The notes below the pieces were generated by a model, which was not told where the DNA came from, ran no database searches, and worked only from the letters and a program-made list of their open reading frames with translations. Below, piece after piece: positions 1 through 14,364 of a stretch of 64,000 bases of DNA (position 1 is its first letter; every line of letters begins with the position of its first letter). The translations under genes were made by a program, and so were the position numbers. This DNA comes from the human T2T-CHM13v2.0 reference genome, Homo sapiens, in NCBI RefSeq assembly GCF_009914755.1, contig NC_060930.1; one strand, written 5' to 3'.

Positions 1-120
1 TCACACCAGCCTTGTGAAGTAGGTACTTTACCTCCATTTCATAGGTGAGGACATTGAGGCTGACAGTTGGTGGGTGACTTGTCTGGGGTCACACAGCTAA
101 TAAGTGGTAGACCAGATGGC
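1..120 (-). mobile_element. MIR SINE core
   Basis: ccatttcataggtgaggacattgaggc...gtcacacagctaataagtgg matches the reverse complement of the MIR core. Confidence 0.8.
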
Positions 121-1094
121 CCCTCTCCAAGACTGTTCTCTATACTGCTGCAGCATACTGCCTGGCCTGAGTTTCCTGGATATGCCTCTTAGCCCCTGGA
201 AGGAAATTAGCAGACTCAGCTCAACTACACATTAAGGGAGAAATGGAGCCTCTCAGAGGCAGGTTCATTTGTTCATGCTTTCACTCATTTCAACTCTTAT
301 TTCTTGAGTGTACTCATGCAGGCATTAGGAGGTGGACCTTTAGTGGCCCCAAGGGGTTGATTTCTTAGACCTTTGTTCTTGTTTGCAGTCTCACATTGTC
401 TCTTTTTTTATACCTCCACAGAGGAAAAGAGGACCATCTGTCAGAAAAGAGGACATTGGAGGGAGGAGCAATGCATTTCCTCATCCTTTCAGCATCTGCC
501 CCAGGCTGCAAGTCTGCCCTGTGATATAACCCCAGGGGTGTGCTGAGCCCTGCTTGCAGAGGCTTTCGGGCTAGTTGTGTGCCTCTCTTCCCAAATCCAT
601 GACATCACACACTGGTACCTTGAAATTAGCCATGGAAGGACCACGTACACCATGAACTCAACAAATGCTACAAATCAAGGTGTGCATGTGTGCATGAGTG
701 TGTGTATGTGTGTGTGTGGTTTGTCAGAGAGCCAGCTTATCAGCCCGTTACTGCACACACCACAGGATGTCTCCCCAAGAGACAGAATGACAAACCTCAT
801 GCCATTCTTCTTTCTCCAGAAACTGCATTTAGGATAATGAAGAGTACACACTTGTCTTCCCTCATGATTCCCTCTAGAGCCATTATCATCTGTCAAGCAG
901 AACTTTCATTATGAACTTTTCACTCCAAAAAGGCACTAAACCACCAAAGTCAACAGACTCACGACTTCCCTCGTCACAAGCACAGACCCAGCATTTCAGA
1001 TCTGCTGATTCCCTTTCCAAAATTCCCAGCTCACACTTTTGGCTTTTTCATTTACCTCAGCCCTGTTGAATCCCCTACTCCTGGCATAAATTAT

Positions 1095-1260
1095 AGTTAG
1101 ACCTGCATTTGAATCCCAGCTCTATCACTGTGGATTGTCCTTAAGCCTCAGTTGCATCATCCCTAAAATGGGGATTCCAGTAGGACCTAGCCTCAAAAGA
1201 TTGGTTTGAGGATTAAGCTTCTGAAAGTATATAAAGCACATAGCAGAAACCTGGCATGAA
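1095..1260 (+). mobile_element. MIR SINE
   Basis: tttgaatcccagctct...gcctcagttgcatcatccctaaaatgggg...gaggattaa...aaagcacatagcagaaacctggca. Confidence 0.75.
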
Positions 1261-1761
1261 AGAGAGGTTGTCACTATAACACACTCTACAAGCAACCAAA
1301 CCCTACACACTTATAACATTTCCCTGCTGCCTGCTGCCTGCTCCTGTCCAGACATGATATAAACAGGGTGAATGCACCATCCTCTTCCCTAATTTCTGGG
1401 TATTGCTTATATTGGTCTCTTATTCTGGAAGGCCTTTTCCTACCTATTGAAGTCCTATCCATCCTTCAAAACCCTACTTGAATTCCACCTTGTATATAAA
1501 TTCTTTGCTGATCCTCCCAATTGCAATTAAACCCTGGATTCTTTGCTCTTCTGGAGGCCACTGAGTTCCCCAAATGGCAACATTACCTTTCCCCTCCCTA
1601 TCATCCTCACTTTGCCTGAAAAGTTGATAGAACTCCATTTCTTTGGGCTAAGGTATATAAAAGTGTTGAAATGGTAAAAGTGACCTGGGAAGGATACACA
1701 TTTTTCTACGTGGATGCATTTTTGGGTATCCCTAACACTGACATTTCCCAGCATCATGAGA

Positions 1762-1885
1762 CCACAGAGCTGGAAGGGTTCCTAGAGATCATGTACTCAC
1801 CCGCACATTTCACAGATGAAGAAAGGAGACCCAGGGAGCAATTCAGCCAATGTCACTCAGCCAGGCTCAGAACTGGGCTGCAGTG
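1762..1885 (-). mobile_element. MIR3/MIR fragment
   Basis: agagctggaagggttcctagagatcat...atttcacagatgaagaaa resembles the MIR3 reverse complement. Confidence 0.6.
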
Positions 1886-2311
1886 ACCACCAGCCTAGTG
1901 TTCTGTGCACCCCGCCAGGCTCCTAGGGGAACAGGACAAAGCCTGACAGAAGTAGGTTGAGGGACAATGGTCACAGCATGGAGGGCTTCGCAAGAAGGCT
2001 GGCAGGGCAGCCACGAGAACAGGAGAGTCAAGGGCAACATGAAGACATGGGTCTGAAGAATGGCAAGGAATTGGGCAAATGGCTTGAAGTCCTGGAGGGA
2101 AATTATCTGCTAGCTTCATCTCTTTGTCCAGACTGGCAATATCCCCATCTATAGCCCTGGCCCAGCCACGAATGGCCACATGCAGGAAGGCATTCAGCAG
2201 GGAGTCCATCACCACTCTATGATTTAGAATGCAGGCCTTTTACCTTTCCTCATGGCTATACGGGTTCCTGTCCTCGGAAGACATCCTAAAGTCTAAACTA
2301 GCCACTACCAA

Positions 2312-2965
2312 GTGTAAATTAGTTCAACCACTGTGGAAGACAGTGTGACGATTCCTCAAAGACCTAGAGGCAGAAATGCCATTTGGCCCACCAATCCCAT
2401 TACTGGGTATATATCTAAGGGAATATTAAATCATTCTGTTATAAAGATATATGCACGTGTATGTTCACTGCAGCATTATTCACAATACCAAAGACATGGA
2501 ATCAACTGAAATGCCCATCAATGATAGACTGGATAAAGAAACTGTGGTACATGTAAACCATGGAATACTATGCAGCCATAAAAAAGAACAAGACCATGTT
2601 CTTTGCAGAGACATGGATGGAGTTGGAAGCTGTTATCCTCAGCAAATTAATGCAGGAACAGAAAATCAAACAACACATGTTCTCACTTATAAATGGGAAC
2701 TGAATGATGAAAACACATGGACACTTGGAGGGGAACAACACACACTGGGGCCTGTGGGTAGGGGGTTGGGTAAGGAGAGGAAGAGCATCAGGAAGAATAG
2801 CTAATGGATGCTGGGCTTAATACCTAGGTGATGGGATGATCTGTGCAGCAAACCACCGTGATACATGGTTACCCGTGTAACAAAACTGCACATCTTGCAC
2901 ATGTATCCCAAAAGTTAAAATAAAAGTTGAAGGGAAAATAATAATAATAATAAATAAATAAATAA
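2312..2965 (+). mobile_element. 5'-truncated older L1PA LINE: ORF2 C-terminus, 3' UTR and A-rich tail
   Basis: From 2313 reads CKLVQPLWKTV*RFLKDLEAEMPFGPPIPLLGIY (L1 ORF2p C-terminal region, in-frame stop); typical L1PA 3' UTR; (TAA/TAAA)n tail; tagccac on both sides is a probable TSD remnant. Confidence 0.95.
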
Positions 2966-2969
2966 TAGC

Positions 2970-3190
2970 CACATCAACTCCTCACCTCTCATCACTCTAT
3001 TCCTTTGTTTTGCCGTACCTACTTCAGCTTCAATGTGCTTCTCACTACTTGAAATTAAGCTATTTGTTCATTCATTCAGTTTTTTTGTTTACTGTCTGTT
3101 CCCCCATGAGAAGAGAAGCTTGAGAGTTAGGAACTTTGTCTTTTCCTACTATGTACTGGGTGCTCAATAAATATTGGTTAAATGGATGAA
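2970..3190 (+). mobile_element. L2 3' end (probably split by the L1PA)
   Basis: tgtttactgtctgttccccc...gggtgctcaataaatattggttaaatggatgaa is the L2 3' terminus. Confidence 0.7.
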
Positions 3191-4475
3191 AAAAAATGTC
3201 ATAACCATCACAGGTTGTATTAATAGATATCTGTTCTTTCCTTCCTACTTTTTTGGTAGATTCATTCTGCTGTCTTTCTCTTACTTCTTAAGTCTGATGC
3301 TTAGCTCAATCATTTTGGTCCTTCCTGCTCTTCTAGTGTAGGCATTAACTTTCTAAGGACTGGCTTAACTGCGTTCCCAAGTTTTGATTTACAATATGTT
3401 AAATATCATTCGGTTCCAAGTATTTTTAAATTTTCATTAATATTTTTTGACCCTTAAGTTGTTTGGAAGCATGTGTGGCTATGTGTGTGTATATATGTTT
3501 AATTTCCAAATAAGTGAGGGTTTTCTACATTTTATTTAATCTACTATTTCTAACTTCATTTGTGGTCTGAGACTGCAATCTTTTGAAATCTAGCATTATG
3601 TCCTAGCACTGGGGCAATCTGCATTAATATTCCATGTGTTTTGAAAGTCAGATATTTTTTCTAGAGCTGGGTGTCATGTTCTATATAGGTCCAGTTGATC
3701 AAGCTTGCTAATTAAACTGTTCAAATCATCTATATCCCTTCTTCCCTTCTGAATTATTATAATTTTTTAAATTATATTTTTAGCCTCTGGTTGTTTGCAA
3801 GTTAAAAGCTTTGGTGTATTCGTTAGTGCTACTCTTCCTTTTAATAGGACTATATTTATATGTGTAACTCTGATCAAATCTCTCCCATATTACCTGCTAA
3901 TGTTTTGTAATAGTTTAATTTCTTCAGCCTCTTTTCCTACACCAACTAGACTTCATTTTTATTGCTTAAGCAGTTTTAATTTGGATTTACCTGCATCTTG
4001 CCTCACTATTTCTTCCTGTATATCATACTTTTCACTTGGAATAATTTTCCTTCAGCCTAAAGTCATCTTCCAGAATTTTCTTTGGCAATGGTCTTTCTGT
4101 GATAAGCTTTTCCAGTTGTGCTTTGTCTGTAAAAGTCTTCATTTTATTCACATTCTTAAACTGGAGTTTTGCAAGATAAATTATTGTAAGTGGACAAATT
4201 TTCTCTGAGCACACTGAAGATATTATTCCCCAGTGCAGCAGTTTCCTCTGTTCCTGATGAGAAGCACCCATCAGCCTCACCACCATTCCTTAGTGGATGA
4301 TCTGGCTTTTCTCCCTGGCTGCTTTGTAAAAAAATCTTTTGTCCATTGATATTCTGCAGCTTGGCTATGGTGGGCCAAAGTGTACATTTCTTATTATCTT
4401 ACTTAGATTGGAAGGGGGGCAGGTTCTAGAAAAAATATTGGTGTTTTGCCATAACTCTGGAAAATTCTCAGCCAT

Positions 4476-4517
4476 TTTCTTCTTCTTCTTCTTCTTATTA
4501 TTATTATTATTATTATT
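4476..4517. repeat. Compound (CTT)n(TTA)n microsatellite
   Basis: Direct reading. Confidence 0.95.
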
Positions 4518-4569
4518 CGCATTCTAATTATTTCCTTCTGAAACACTGATTAGACAACATTTAAACTTG

Positions 4570-4658
4570 AGATGTCCAATATACTAGCCACTATCCACAT
4601 GCAGCTATTTTAAGGCACTTCCATCACTGGAGAAAATTCCACTGGATGGGACTGGTAG
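4570..4658. mobile_element. Short internally deleted MER3/MER33-type hAT MITE
   Basis: tgtccaatatactagccactatccacatgcagctatt...ttccatcactggagaaaattccactgga resembles both ends of MER3. Confidence 0.6.
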
Positions 4659-4873
4659 ATCTCATTCTATTCTTATTTTATTTTAATCTTTCTTTCGTCT
4701 TTTCTAACTCTTTGTCTCACAGGACCCCAGAATGAATGCTTTGTCTAGATCAATCTTCTGGCTCAAAATTTTGTTAGTCTGTTTAATCATTAATTTTTTT
4801 AAAAAATCCACCTGTTATATATATGTATGTGTATATATATATATGTTATTTCTAGACATTATATTTTGAGATA

Positions 4874-4886
4874 ACACACACATGCA

Positions 4887-4929
<43 letters not shown>
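4874..4929. repeat. (CA)n microsatellite, about 18 pure units at its 3' end
   Basis: Direct reading. Confidence 0.97.
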
Positions 4930-4930
<1 letters not shown>

Positions 4931-5417
4931 AAAAAATACTAAATATACTTTGTGGTGATACCAACCCAGGATCTCTTTAAATTATTATTTTTTTCTTTTT
5001 TGCATGAAGTGTCTTCAGCCCACACAGGTAGTATGAATTCAGACAGAAAGCTCACAAGTAACCACGGCTTATGGTTACACATTCTCACAGAAAAATCTCT
5101 TTTTCCTCTACCTAGCTCCTAGGGTTGCGGCAGAAAGGTGTTCTCAATGTCCTTTTCTGAATGGTGGAATTTATTTCCCATCAATCTAACAGGGACTTGC
5201 GCTCTCAGCTTGACACAGAGGTGGTGGAGTGGGGGGTGGGCTGTGTTTTTCTATTATATTCCTCACCTTGGAAAATCTAGATGTCCTGCCCCAGATGCCC
5301 TGTGAGGCTATCAAAACAAATGCTCAAGGACTGAAGTCTTCAAGGTTTGGCAGCAAGCTCTTGGGAGAAAGCCAACTTCGGTACAGTGTCCTCGTTTTTA
5401 TTTTGTTTAAAATGCTA

Positions 5418-5985
<568 letters not shown>

Positions 5986-6046
5986 AAAACTCTGATGGTG
6001 TCTTACTTTCATTTCAGCTCAGTAGTGTATTTAAAAAGGCGTTTAT

Positions 6047-6265
6047 GGCCTGGCGCTGTGGCTTACACCTGTAATCCCAGCACTTTTGGGAGGCCACGGC
6101 AGGTGGATCACAAGGTCAGGAGATGGAGACCATCCTGGCTAACATGGTGAAACCCCATCTGTACTAAAAATACAAAAAATTAGCCAGGCGTGGGGGCCGA
6201 GATCACACCACTGCACTCCAGCCTGGGCGACAGAGCGAGACTCCATCTCGAAAAAAAAAAAAAGA
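6047..6265 (+). mobile_element. AluY-like element with ~80-bp internal deletion in the right arm
   Basis: gatcacaaggtc and gagaccatcctggctaac diagnostics; junction gcgtgggggc|cgagatc near 6197; TSD aaaaggcgtttat (6034-6046) / aaaaggtgtttat (6266-6278). Confidence 0.95.
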
Positions 6266-6640
6266 AAAAGGTGTTTATATCTTTAAAGAAATAGTATTTT
6301 AGTTGTTTGATTTGGGAGGGTCCTGTACAGTATCCATCATACCAGCTATACCACTAGAAACAAAGCCTCTTCTTTGTTATTCTTTCCCCTTTAGGGAAGA
6401 ATGGATCAGAATCATAACAACCAAATGAGTGAAAAGTTATGGAATCAGCGTAGGATATGCTCAAGGAATGAGGACCTAGAGAGTAAAAGATGTTTAAAAG
6501 AAAACAAACGTAGCAGTTATAGAAAAGTAACACCAGTTCACATGGATCCATCAACAAGGGGAGGTTACTCAATAGGCCCACTTGGTATATATAAAAATAA
6601 CATAAGGCAAAAGATATCAATACTTTCCTTGAATGGAGTT

Positions 6641-7523
6641 TGTTATGGGTCAAATTGTTTTTCCCCCAAGTTTATGTTGTTTATGTATTGAAGTCCTAAT
6701 CCCCAGTTCCTTAGAATGTAAGATGATTGGAGACAAGTTCTTTACAGAAGTGTGGAGGTTTAAGTGACTCCATCTTGGATGCTAATCAGCCATGTTGGAT
6801 TCTGATTAACCACAGTTCCAGGAAGGTCTCTAAGATTTCCAGTTCATCTATTGTTTCCTGCGTAAACTTAGGTACTTACTGTAAATCTTGCCCTTAGGTA
6901 AGACAACCTTGATGTTATCATACTTCAATTGTCCCACAAATCCGTTCTGAACCACCCCTTTTTTTATGGTCTACAAGCCCTGGGTCTGGGGGATAATGGT
7001 GCAGCGGTCCACCATCTTGTCTCGCCATCCCCTGAAACCCAGACATGGCTTCTGTTCATAAGTCCCAGTTCTTTCTAAGAAACTGGATTTGTCAGCCTCT
7101 TTCTTTAGCCTCTTAGCTTCCTTGGACTTTGGGAGTAGGGTTGCATAGACCTGCCCACCATGAAACAAAAAGTAATCAAGTTACAATGATTTAGAGTGGG
7201 CTCTTATCCAATACAACTGGTGTCCTTATAAGGAGAAATTTAGACACAGACATGCACACAGAGAGAACATCATGTGAACATGAAGGCAGAGATCTAGATG
7301 ATGAGCCTGCAAGCCAAGGAATGCCAAAGATTACCAGCAAACCACCAAAAGCTAGGGAGAGAAACATGAAATAGAGTCACGCTCAAAACGCTCAGAAGAA
7401 ACCGACCCTCCTAACACCCTGATCTCAGACTTCCAGCCTCCAGAACTATGCAAGAATACATTTCTGCTGTTTAAGCCACCCAATTTGTGGTACTTTGTTA
7501 TGGCAACCTAACAAACTAAAACA
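6641..7523 (+). mobile_element. MLT1B/C MaLR solo LTR split by a younger LTR
   Basis: tgttatgg...aactaaaaca ends; gccaaggaatgccaaagattaccagcaaaccacc; flanks gagtt/aagtt. Confidence 0.9.
6751..7167 (+). mobile_element. ERVL-class solo LTR (LTR47-like) nested in MLT1
   Basis: TG...CA ends (tgtggagg...tgaaaca); 5-bp TSD agaag/aaaag; the MLT1 host resumes seamlessly afterwards; family name from memory. Confidence 0.75.
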
Positions 7524-8809
7524 AAGTTATTCCCTAAAACTCTACACGAAGTCTTTGATTAGGAGGGCTAGCCAGCCTGGGTCTGCTGTGTGGCGATAGT
7601 TCAGACTACATATGCCTTAACTGTCTGGAGTAACCTGAAGGGGGCACGGAAGATGCTGTTCCCCCAGTTCATTTCCACCTGCTTCAACATTCCCAGAATT
7701 GGGCAATGTTCTCTTCTATTAATACTACAGTTCCACTCAGAGGTCCTGGAACACAATCAATAATTCTCCTCCAAAGTGCTTTCTACCTAAAAAAGCACGA
7801 TGTTCTTATTGATGGTGTACTTAAAAAATGTTTTAAAGTAAATCTACAGAGCACCCTGGCTATTCAGATCCGGAAATTGATTAACCAATAGGATATAAAG
7901 ACAGAGAGATGCTGCTATCTTTGGCAAGGTCACACAGCAATTTGTAAGAGAGACTAAAATAGAATCAGCACCCCATTTCAGAGCCTGGTCAACAACTCAG
8001 ATGACCTCCAGCAATTGATCTGGTCAGTCCCTCCAATTACGGGTCAATACATGAAGTCTTCAGACCCAGGAAATTCCTATTTCCTTTTTCAGCCCAATAA
8101 AGCCTAGTTCCAAGCCTTTACAAGTCAAGAAAATAAGGTATGGGTTGCCCCAACATATACCCAATGAAGATCCCAAATCATGCAGCCTGATAGAGACTTG
8201 TTAGACTCTCAGACCTTCCAGCAGAGCAAATGGAATGTGTCCAGAACCAGACTCAATTCCTTTAAAGACATTAGATAGGCTTCCCCTCTATTGCCAAGTA
8301 TCCCTTCCCTTTCTAAGAGCACAGCCCCTTCTCTTTTCTTCCACCCATGCTATAATATTAGAAGCAAAAGGGAAGCAAATGTTCCAAAGAATTCTGAACT
8401 AAAAAGCTTCCGATGTGGTGGGAGGGTGTGGAGTGAATGCATTATCTTGCACCAGTCACCAGGAATGGGTGTCAGCACCCATGTCAGAGGGCTGCCTGCA
8501 CACAGCACCCGTCTCTGAATCTGAACCCAATACCACCTCTTCTCCAGCTCAGCTTTCCCCAGGCCCTACACTAGACCCCCTCAGCACCAAGTGAGTGTCG
8601 AGGAAAGCACATGGGTTGTGGTCCTCTCAATATGTCTGGGCCCTCTTCCTTCTTTCCCATCCACAACGCTGGTGCCAGAGGCTCTCTTGGGCCATTGCCA
8701 CAGCAGCTTATAAACCAGCACTGTCCGCAAGGGACACAATGCCAGCCACAAGGCAGACCACAGATAGCATTTTAAACTTAGTAGCAGTCCCTTTGAGAAG
8801 ACTGAAAGG

Positions 8810-9032
8810 AAAGAGATAAAATAGATTTTAACAATGTGCTCTATGTAACTCAATACACCAAAAACATCATTTCAATGTGTAATCAATGCAAAATTATTAA
8901 TGAGATAATTTACCTTTTTTGTGACATCTCCACATTTTGGTATTTTAGACTTAACAGCACATTTGATTCAAACCAGCCACATTTCAAGAACCAAATAGCC
9001 ACATAGGTCTAGTGGCTGCCATATTGGACAGC
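8810..9032 (-). mobile_element. MER33 (hAT-Charlie) fragment
   Basis: agccacatttcaag...atagccacataggtctagtggctgccatattggacagc. Confidence 0.8.
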
Positions 9033-9574
9033 CTCAGATTCAAGCATTCTCAGAGTTTCAAGGGATCTCTTATGGCTTCAAATCTTGGGAAGGCATAAGA
9101 TTTTAGAGGACAGACATTTTCTCTTACACATCTTTTATATTTCCATTGGGGTCCATGAGAGAAAGTTCTAAGTTCCTTTTTTTTTCCCATTAAATTCATA
9201 TAGAACTCAATTTCCTGCCCTTACATCTGTAGTTGTCTGCCTGAAAAGACTCCTTTCCCCTCTCCACCTCCCCATTTGCCTCAAGGCATCTATTTTTTTT
9301 CCTCTCCAGTTTAAAAGGCAATTCTTCAATGAACCAAAGCTGAGACAAGCATGGTTTCCTTGAAGCTCCAGGGAAGATTTATGCACTCTTCTGCTGTTGC
9401 ACGTACTATGGTGCACTGCACTGCTTGAGAACATTGCTGTCTCCTCTGAAAAACTGAATACTTTTTTTTAAATGGGAATGTATCTTAACTCTGTATACCC
9501 AGTATTTAAAGGAAACTTTTTATTTAAGTATAATTTTTTAATAGCGATTTAATTCTCTTTGTACAATTAGTATC

Positions 9575-9690
9575 TCTCTCTCTCTCTGTACAATTAAGCT
9601 TTATGAAGGTTAGAGCTACCTCTGACTTACCCCAGTGATTAATGCACAACAGATACTCAATAGAAATTATTAGATGAAAAAATGAATACA
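9575..9690 (+). mobile_element. L2 3' end
   Basis: taagctttatgaagg...gatactcaatagaaattattagatgaaaaaatgaat. Confidence 0.55.
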
Positions 9691-9879
9691 TGAGTTGATC
9701 ATAAAGCAACTTACTCCTCTAGCAGGTATCTTTCTACTCAGCAATTCTTCTTGGAGCTATGTATGGCCCCAGAATATCAATACAAGTTCTGTTCCTTCTT
9801 CTAGTTGAATTTCAGATACTTCTGCCTATTAAGTTTCCCACGTTATTTATCTTGTCAACATCTCCTTTTTCTCTATTTT

Positions 9880-9982
9880 TAAAAATTTTTTTTAATTTAA
9901 AAAAAATTTTTAGAGACAGAGTCTCGCTATGTTGCCCAGGCTGGAGAGCAGTGGCTATTCACAGGCACAATTATGGTGCACT
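9880..9982 (-). mobile_element. FAM (fossil Alu monomer) 3' fragment
   Basis: ggctattcacagg is the 7SL/FAM-specific cctgtgaatagcc motif, absent from dimeric Alus. Confidence 0.8.
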
Positions 9983-10019
9983 CCCTGTATACCCAGCACT
10001 TAGCACAGGGCCTACCACA

Positions 10020-10272
10020 AGGCTGCTCATGACACGGCATCTCAGTTCCCCAGAATCAAATGATCCAAGAGAGAAAGAGAATGAAGGAAAGTGACCAAGA
10101 CAAAAGCTACAGTGTCTTTCATAACCTCATCTTGGAAGTGACATGCAATCATTTTTGCCATATTTTATTGGTCACACAGACCACCCCTTGTCCAATGTGG
10201 GAGGAGTCCATACAGGTATGAAAATCAGGAGGTGGGGATCACCAGGGGTCCTCTTGGAGGCTGGCGATGGCA
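10020..10272 (-). mobile_element. MLT1F-type LTR, 5' half
   Basis: ttttgccatattttattggtcacacagacc...caggaggtggggatcacc...cttggaggctgg. Confidence 0.8.
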
Positions 10273-11074
10273 GTGGATATGGAGTAAGGAATGAAACACA
10301 TGACTTCGAGACAGCATAAATCCCAGATGCAGTGCTCTATGGCACCTGAGTCACTGGCCTTAGAGACTATGCAACTAGCAAGTCAGACCCGGCCCATGCT
10401 CTCCACACATGCCCTCTTGCCACACGAATATTGCAGCTCAGTGTTTATGCCATTGAGTGATTTGCTACCCTTCTTCAACGTGGCCTCACATGAGTCCATC
10501 TGGATAAGCCAGGCCCAAAGTCTGGGAAGTCAGCAACGTCTACCAGCAATGCATAAACGGACCTTAATAGGAATATATGCAGTTCAGTTTGCTGTGGTAA
10601 ATAGATTCGTTTGTCAATTTTTTTTGTTTCAAATTTTTGAAGGCCTAATTCAAAGAGAAACCCATACATATCTAGGCTTTCTGTAGCTGAAAGCAATTAG
10701 CCACATAGCAATTGTAAAGAAACCTAAAGGGAGCATTTGGTTCACAAGTGGAAAAAAGATTGAAAATGTATCTCACCACAGGTGACAAAATTTAGGTAAT
10801 AACAGTAGTAATACCAGAAGTTCAATGCGATTTATTTTATATTTTAATGTTGCTTTATGAACCTAAAAGCCTTGGTAGGCAAATATTGTGTGAATTTCCT
10901 GAGACTGGAAAGCAAAAACCTTCATCACCCTAATGATAAGTAAAAACGAGTAAGCAGTCTTGATATCCACACAGAAACACTATAACAGTGAGCCTTCAAG
11001 TGAAATTATTAAATACACGAACACAATGGGTGTCTGGGGCCCCACAGGTCCATCTTGTGGACACTGCTGGATTA

Positions 11075-11596
<522 letters not shown>

Positions 11597-12869
11597 TCAG
11601 CTATTCTGTTGCACTGTGCAGTGGACATGGCTGGCCAGAAGAGTTGGGACAGAGGGCTAGGAAAGGTGGATTCTCCCCTGAGTCTATTTGTACTTAAATC
11701 CACATAAGAACTGAGGAGCTCATGGAGGAAAAGGTGGATTGAACTCTAATACCCCTTGGGTTTCTAGGATATAGAAGCATGCCTAATGAATGAGAGAGAG
11801 AATTCCCAGGAAAGGGTGGAAGTTTTAAGGAGGATGGATGCTGTGGTGAGAGTATGTGAGTTGATAGAGCCAGATTACACTGGGTCCAGGCAGTAAAGCT
11901 GGGTGAGAATATCCTTCCTCTTACCATGGAGATATCTCATGGATGGATTAACAAAGACCTACTGCAAGTGAGTGGAGGTTGCTGCTTGATGGGAGCCCCA
12001 TCCCTGAAGATCTATTAGGGTTTGAGCTGGAAGACCAAAGCTCAGCCATGCCAGGGTTAAGAGGCAAGTCATAACACAGAAAGCCTGAGAATCTCCACTC
12101 CCAAGCACCCAACACTGGAGCTTGTCTGTCACCTGCAAGGGTGACTGACGCTGAGGCTAGAGATGCCTAGTTCCTCTGTGTCAGAGAGAGGAGGAGCCTG
12201 TTTTCATGGAAAATGGTACCTCCAGCAGTACCAGCAATGTTCTCACTACAGAGTGAACCCTGCAGAAATTTCCAGCATGGGACTACTGTGTGGTCCTGGC
12301 TTAGCCAGCAGTGAAGTCATAAATGACCAGAACTGATTTCTGGACACATGTTAATATCCCTAGGGATTCATGGAAAAAAATTGAGAAAAGAATCCTGGAT
12401 GCAGTTTAGTTTTCTGCAGCCAGCAAGAGTATTTTTATAACCATGGTTTCATTTGTATGAGTGGGCAAGTGAGACTGAGACATTCCTATTACACACCTTA
12501 GATTGTCCTGCTGGAGCCACTAAGTGAAGCTGGAGAGGTTTAATACAAAACTGAGATAACAGAGTCATTGGAAAAATTACTTCTGTCTTAATTCAAGAGG
12601 AAAAGAAAAATATATAAACCTATTAAAATAATTTAGAGTCTTTGAAGCAAAGCAAAAAAGAAATTATACTATTAAAAAAATAGAGCAATGGGGTCTGGCC
12701 ATCTCAGCAGATACCCTACTACATGACAAAATAAATAATGTAGTGGCAGTTAGTGCAATAGCTTCCATTTTAGAATATTTCAAAAATATCTGTGGGAAAA
12801 ATAAACAATCCCATGCCTTCAGTGGAAGAGCTGAACCAAGTGTGGAAGCCAAGTAATCAGTTCCCAGCA

Positions 12870-13560
12870 CAGAGGTGTCCACACACCCATTCTTCTCTCC
12901 CTGCTGAAATCTCACTAAAATATCAGCAAGATATAAAAAGCGTCTCAAGCCTACACGGCCAAAGAGACTTTGAGAGATGACAGTACACATTTGATATCAA
13001 CAAAAGCTGAGAGCTGGAAGAGAGGTGAATTGCGGCTGAGTTAGCAGACCAGGGAGTGTTGAAATTTAAACCTGCCCCAGACAAAGCCACAAATACAAGA
13101 TCTTGTTCCTTGAAGATTCCTGGAAAAACCCAGGTGTTTGGGTTACAGATCACACAGGAGGCCAGGATAACGGGAGAACTGGTAGAAAGATGTTGATGTG
13201 AGTCGGTTAAATGGGAGAATAAACAACAACAACAACAACAACAAAGACATGGGATCCTGGAAACAGAGAGTCTAAAACAGAAGAGAGAGAGAAAAAAATC
13301 AGGATGGTAGTGAAGAGAAACCACAAGAAAACACCTATGCTGCACCCCAAAAAGGCAAAACCCAAATTGGAGAAGAAAGACAGAGAGCTCTTGAGGAATG
13401 ATGCCAAGAAAAGAGAGATGGAACTAAAAGAATAGTTGGCATGTTTAGGAATTAAGATTGTCAGCTTTATCAGATGGTTTAAGGATGAATTAATAATAGA
13501 TACATGTAAAACACAAGCAAATAGAAAAAAAGAGGCAAATATTAGGTCCAAAGAAAATAA
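12870..13560 (+). mobile_element. Degenerate L1ME/HAL1 5' region
   Basis: aacaaaagctgagagctggaag...gagttagcagacc resembles the L1ME 5' end; A-rich continuation; weak match. Confidence 0.4.
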
Positions 13561-13666
13561 AAAGTTGTATAGAAAAGAAATATAATCATGACTCCCTATA
13601 ACATGCACTATAATATCATGTAGTGAGCACTATTTACATAGCTGTGGCAGGCAGCTTAACGGCCTC

Positions 13667-14364
<698 letters not shown>

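Larger units (their letters stand above)
3200..5410 (-). mobile_element. Ancient L1M/HAL1-type LINE relic (ORF1 and ORF2 5' region)
   Basis: ORF 4032..4286(-) VRLMGAS...HWGIISSVCSEKICPLTIIYLAKLQFKNVNKMKTFTDKAQLEKLITERP aligns by eye with the L1 ORF1p C-terminal domain (IRLTADLS...EWGPIFNILKEKNFQPRISYPAKLSFISEGEIK); antisense ORF2-like text around 3345-3450; outer boundaries approximate. Confidence 0.75.

Noticed and set aside
385-425. Strong plus-strand splice acceptor at 421
   Set aside because: No convincing donor nearby; isolated acceptors are common.
2451-2804. 117-aa ORF
   Set aside because: Off-frame read of the L1 ORF2 end and 3' UTR.
4032-4286. ORF similar to the L1 ORF1p C-terminal domain, considered as a possible domesticated L1TD1-like gene
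   Set aside because: Only 84 aa inside a decayed LINE with disrupted flanking frames.
9880-9982. Possible 7SL RNA pseudogene
   Set aside because: Lacks the 7SL S domain; the junction matches FAM.
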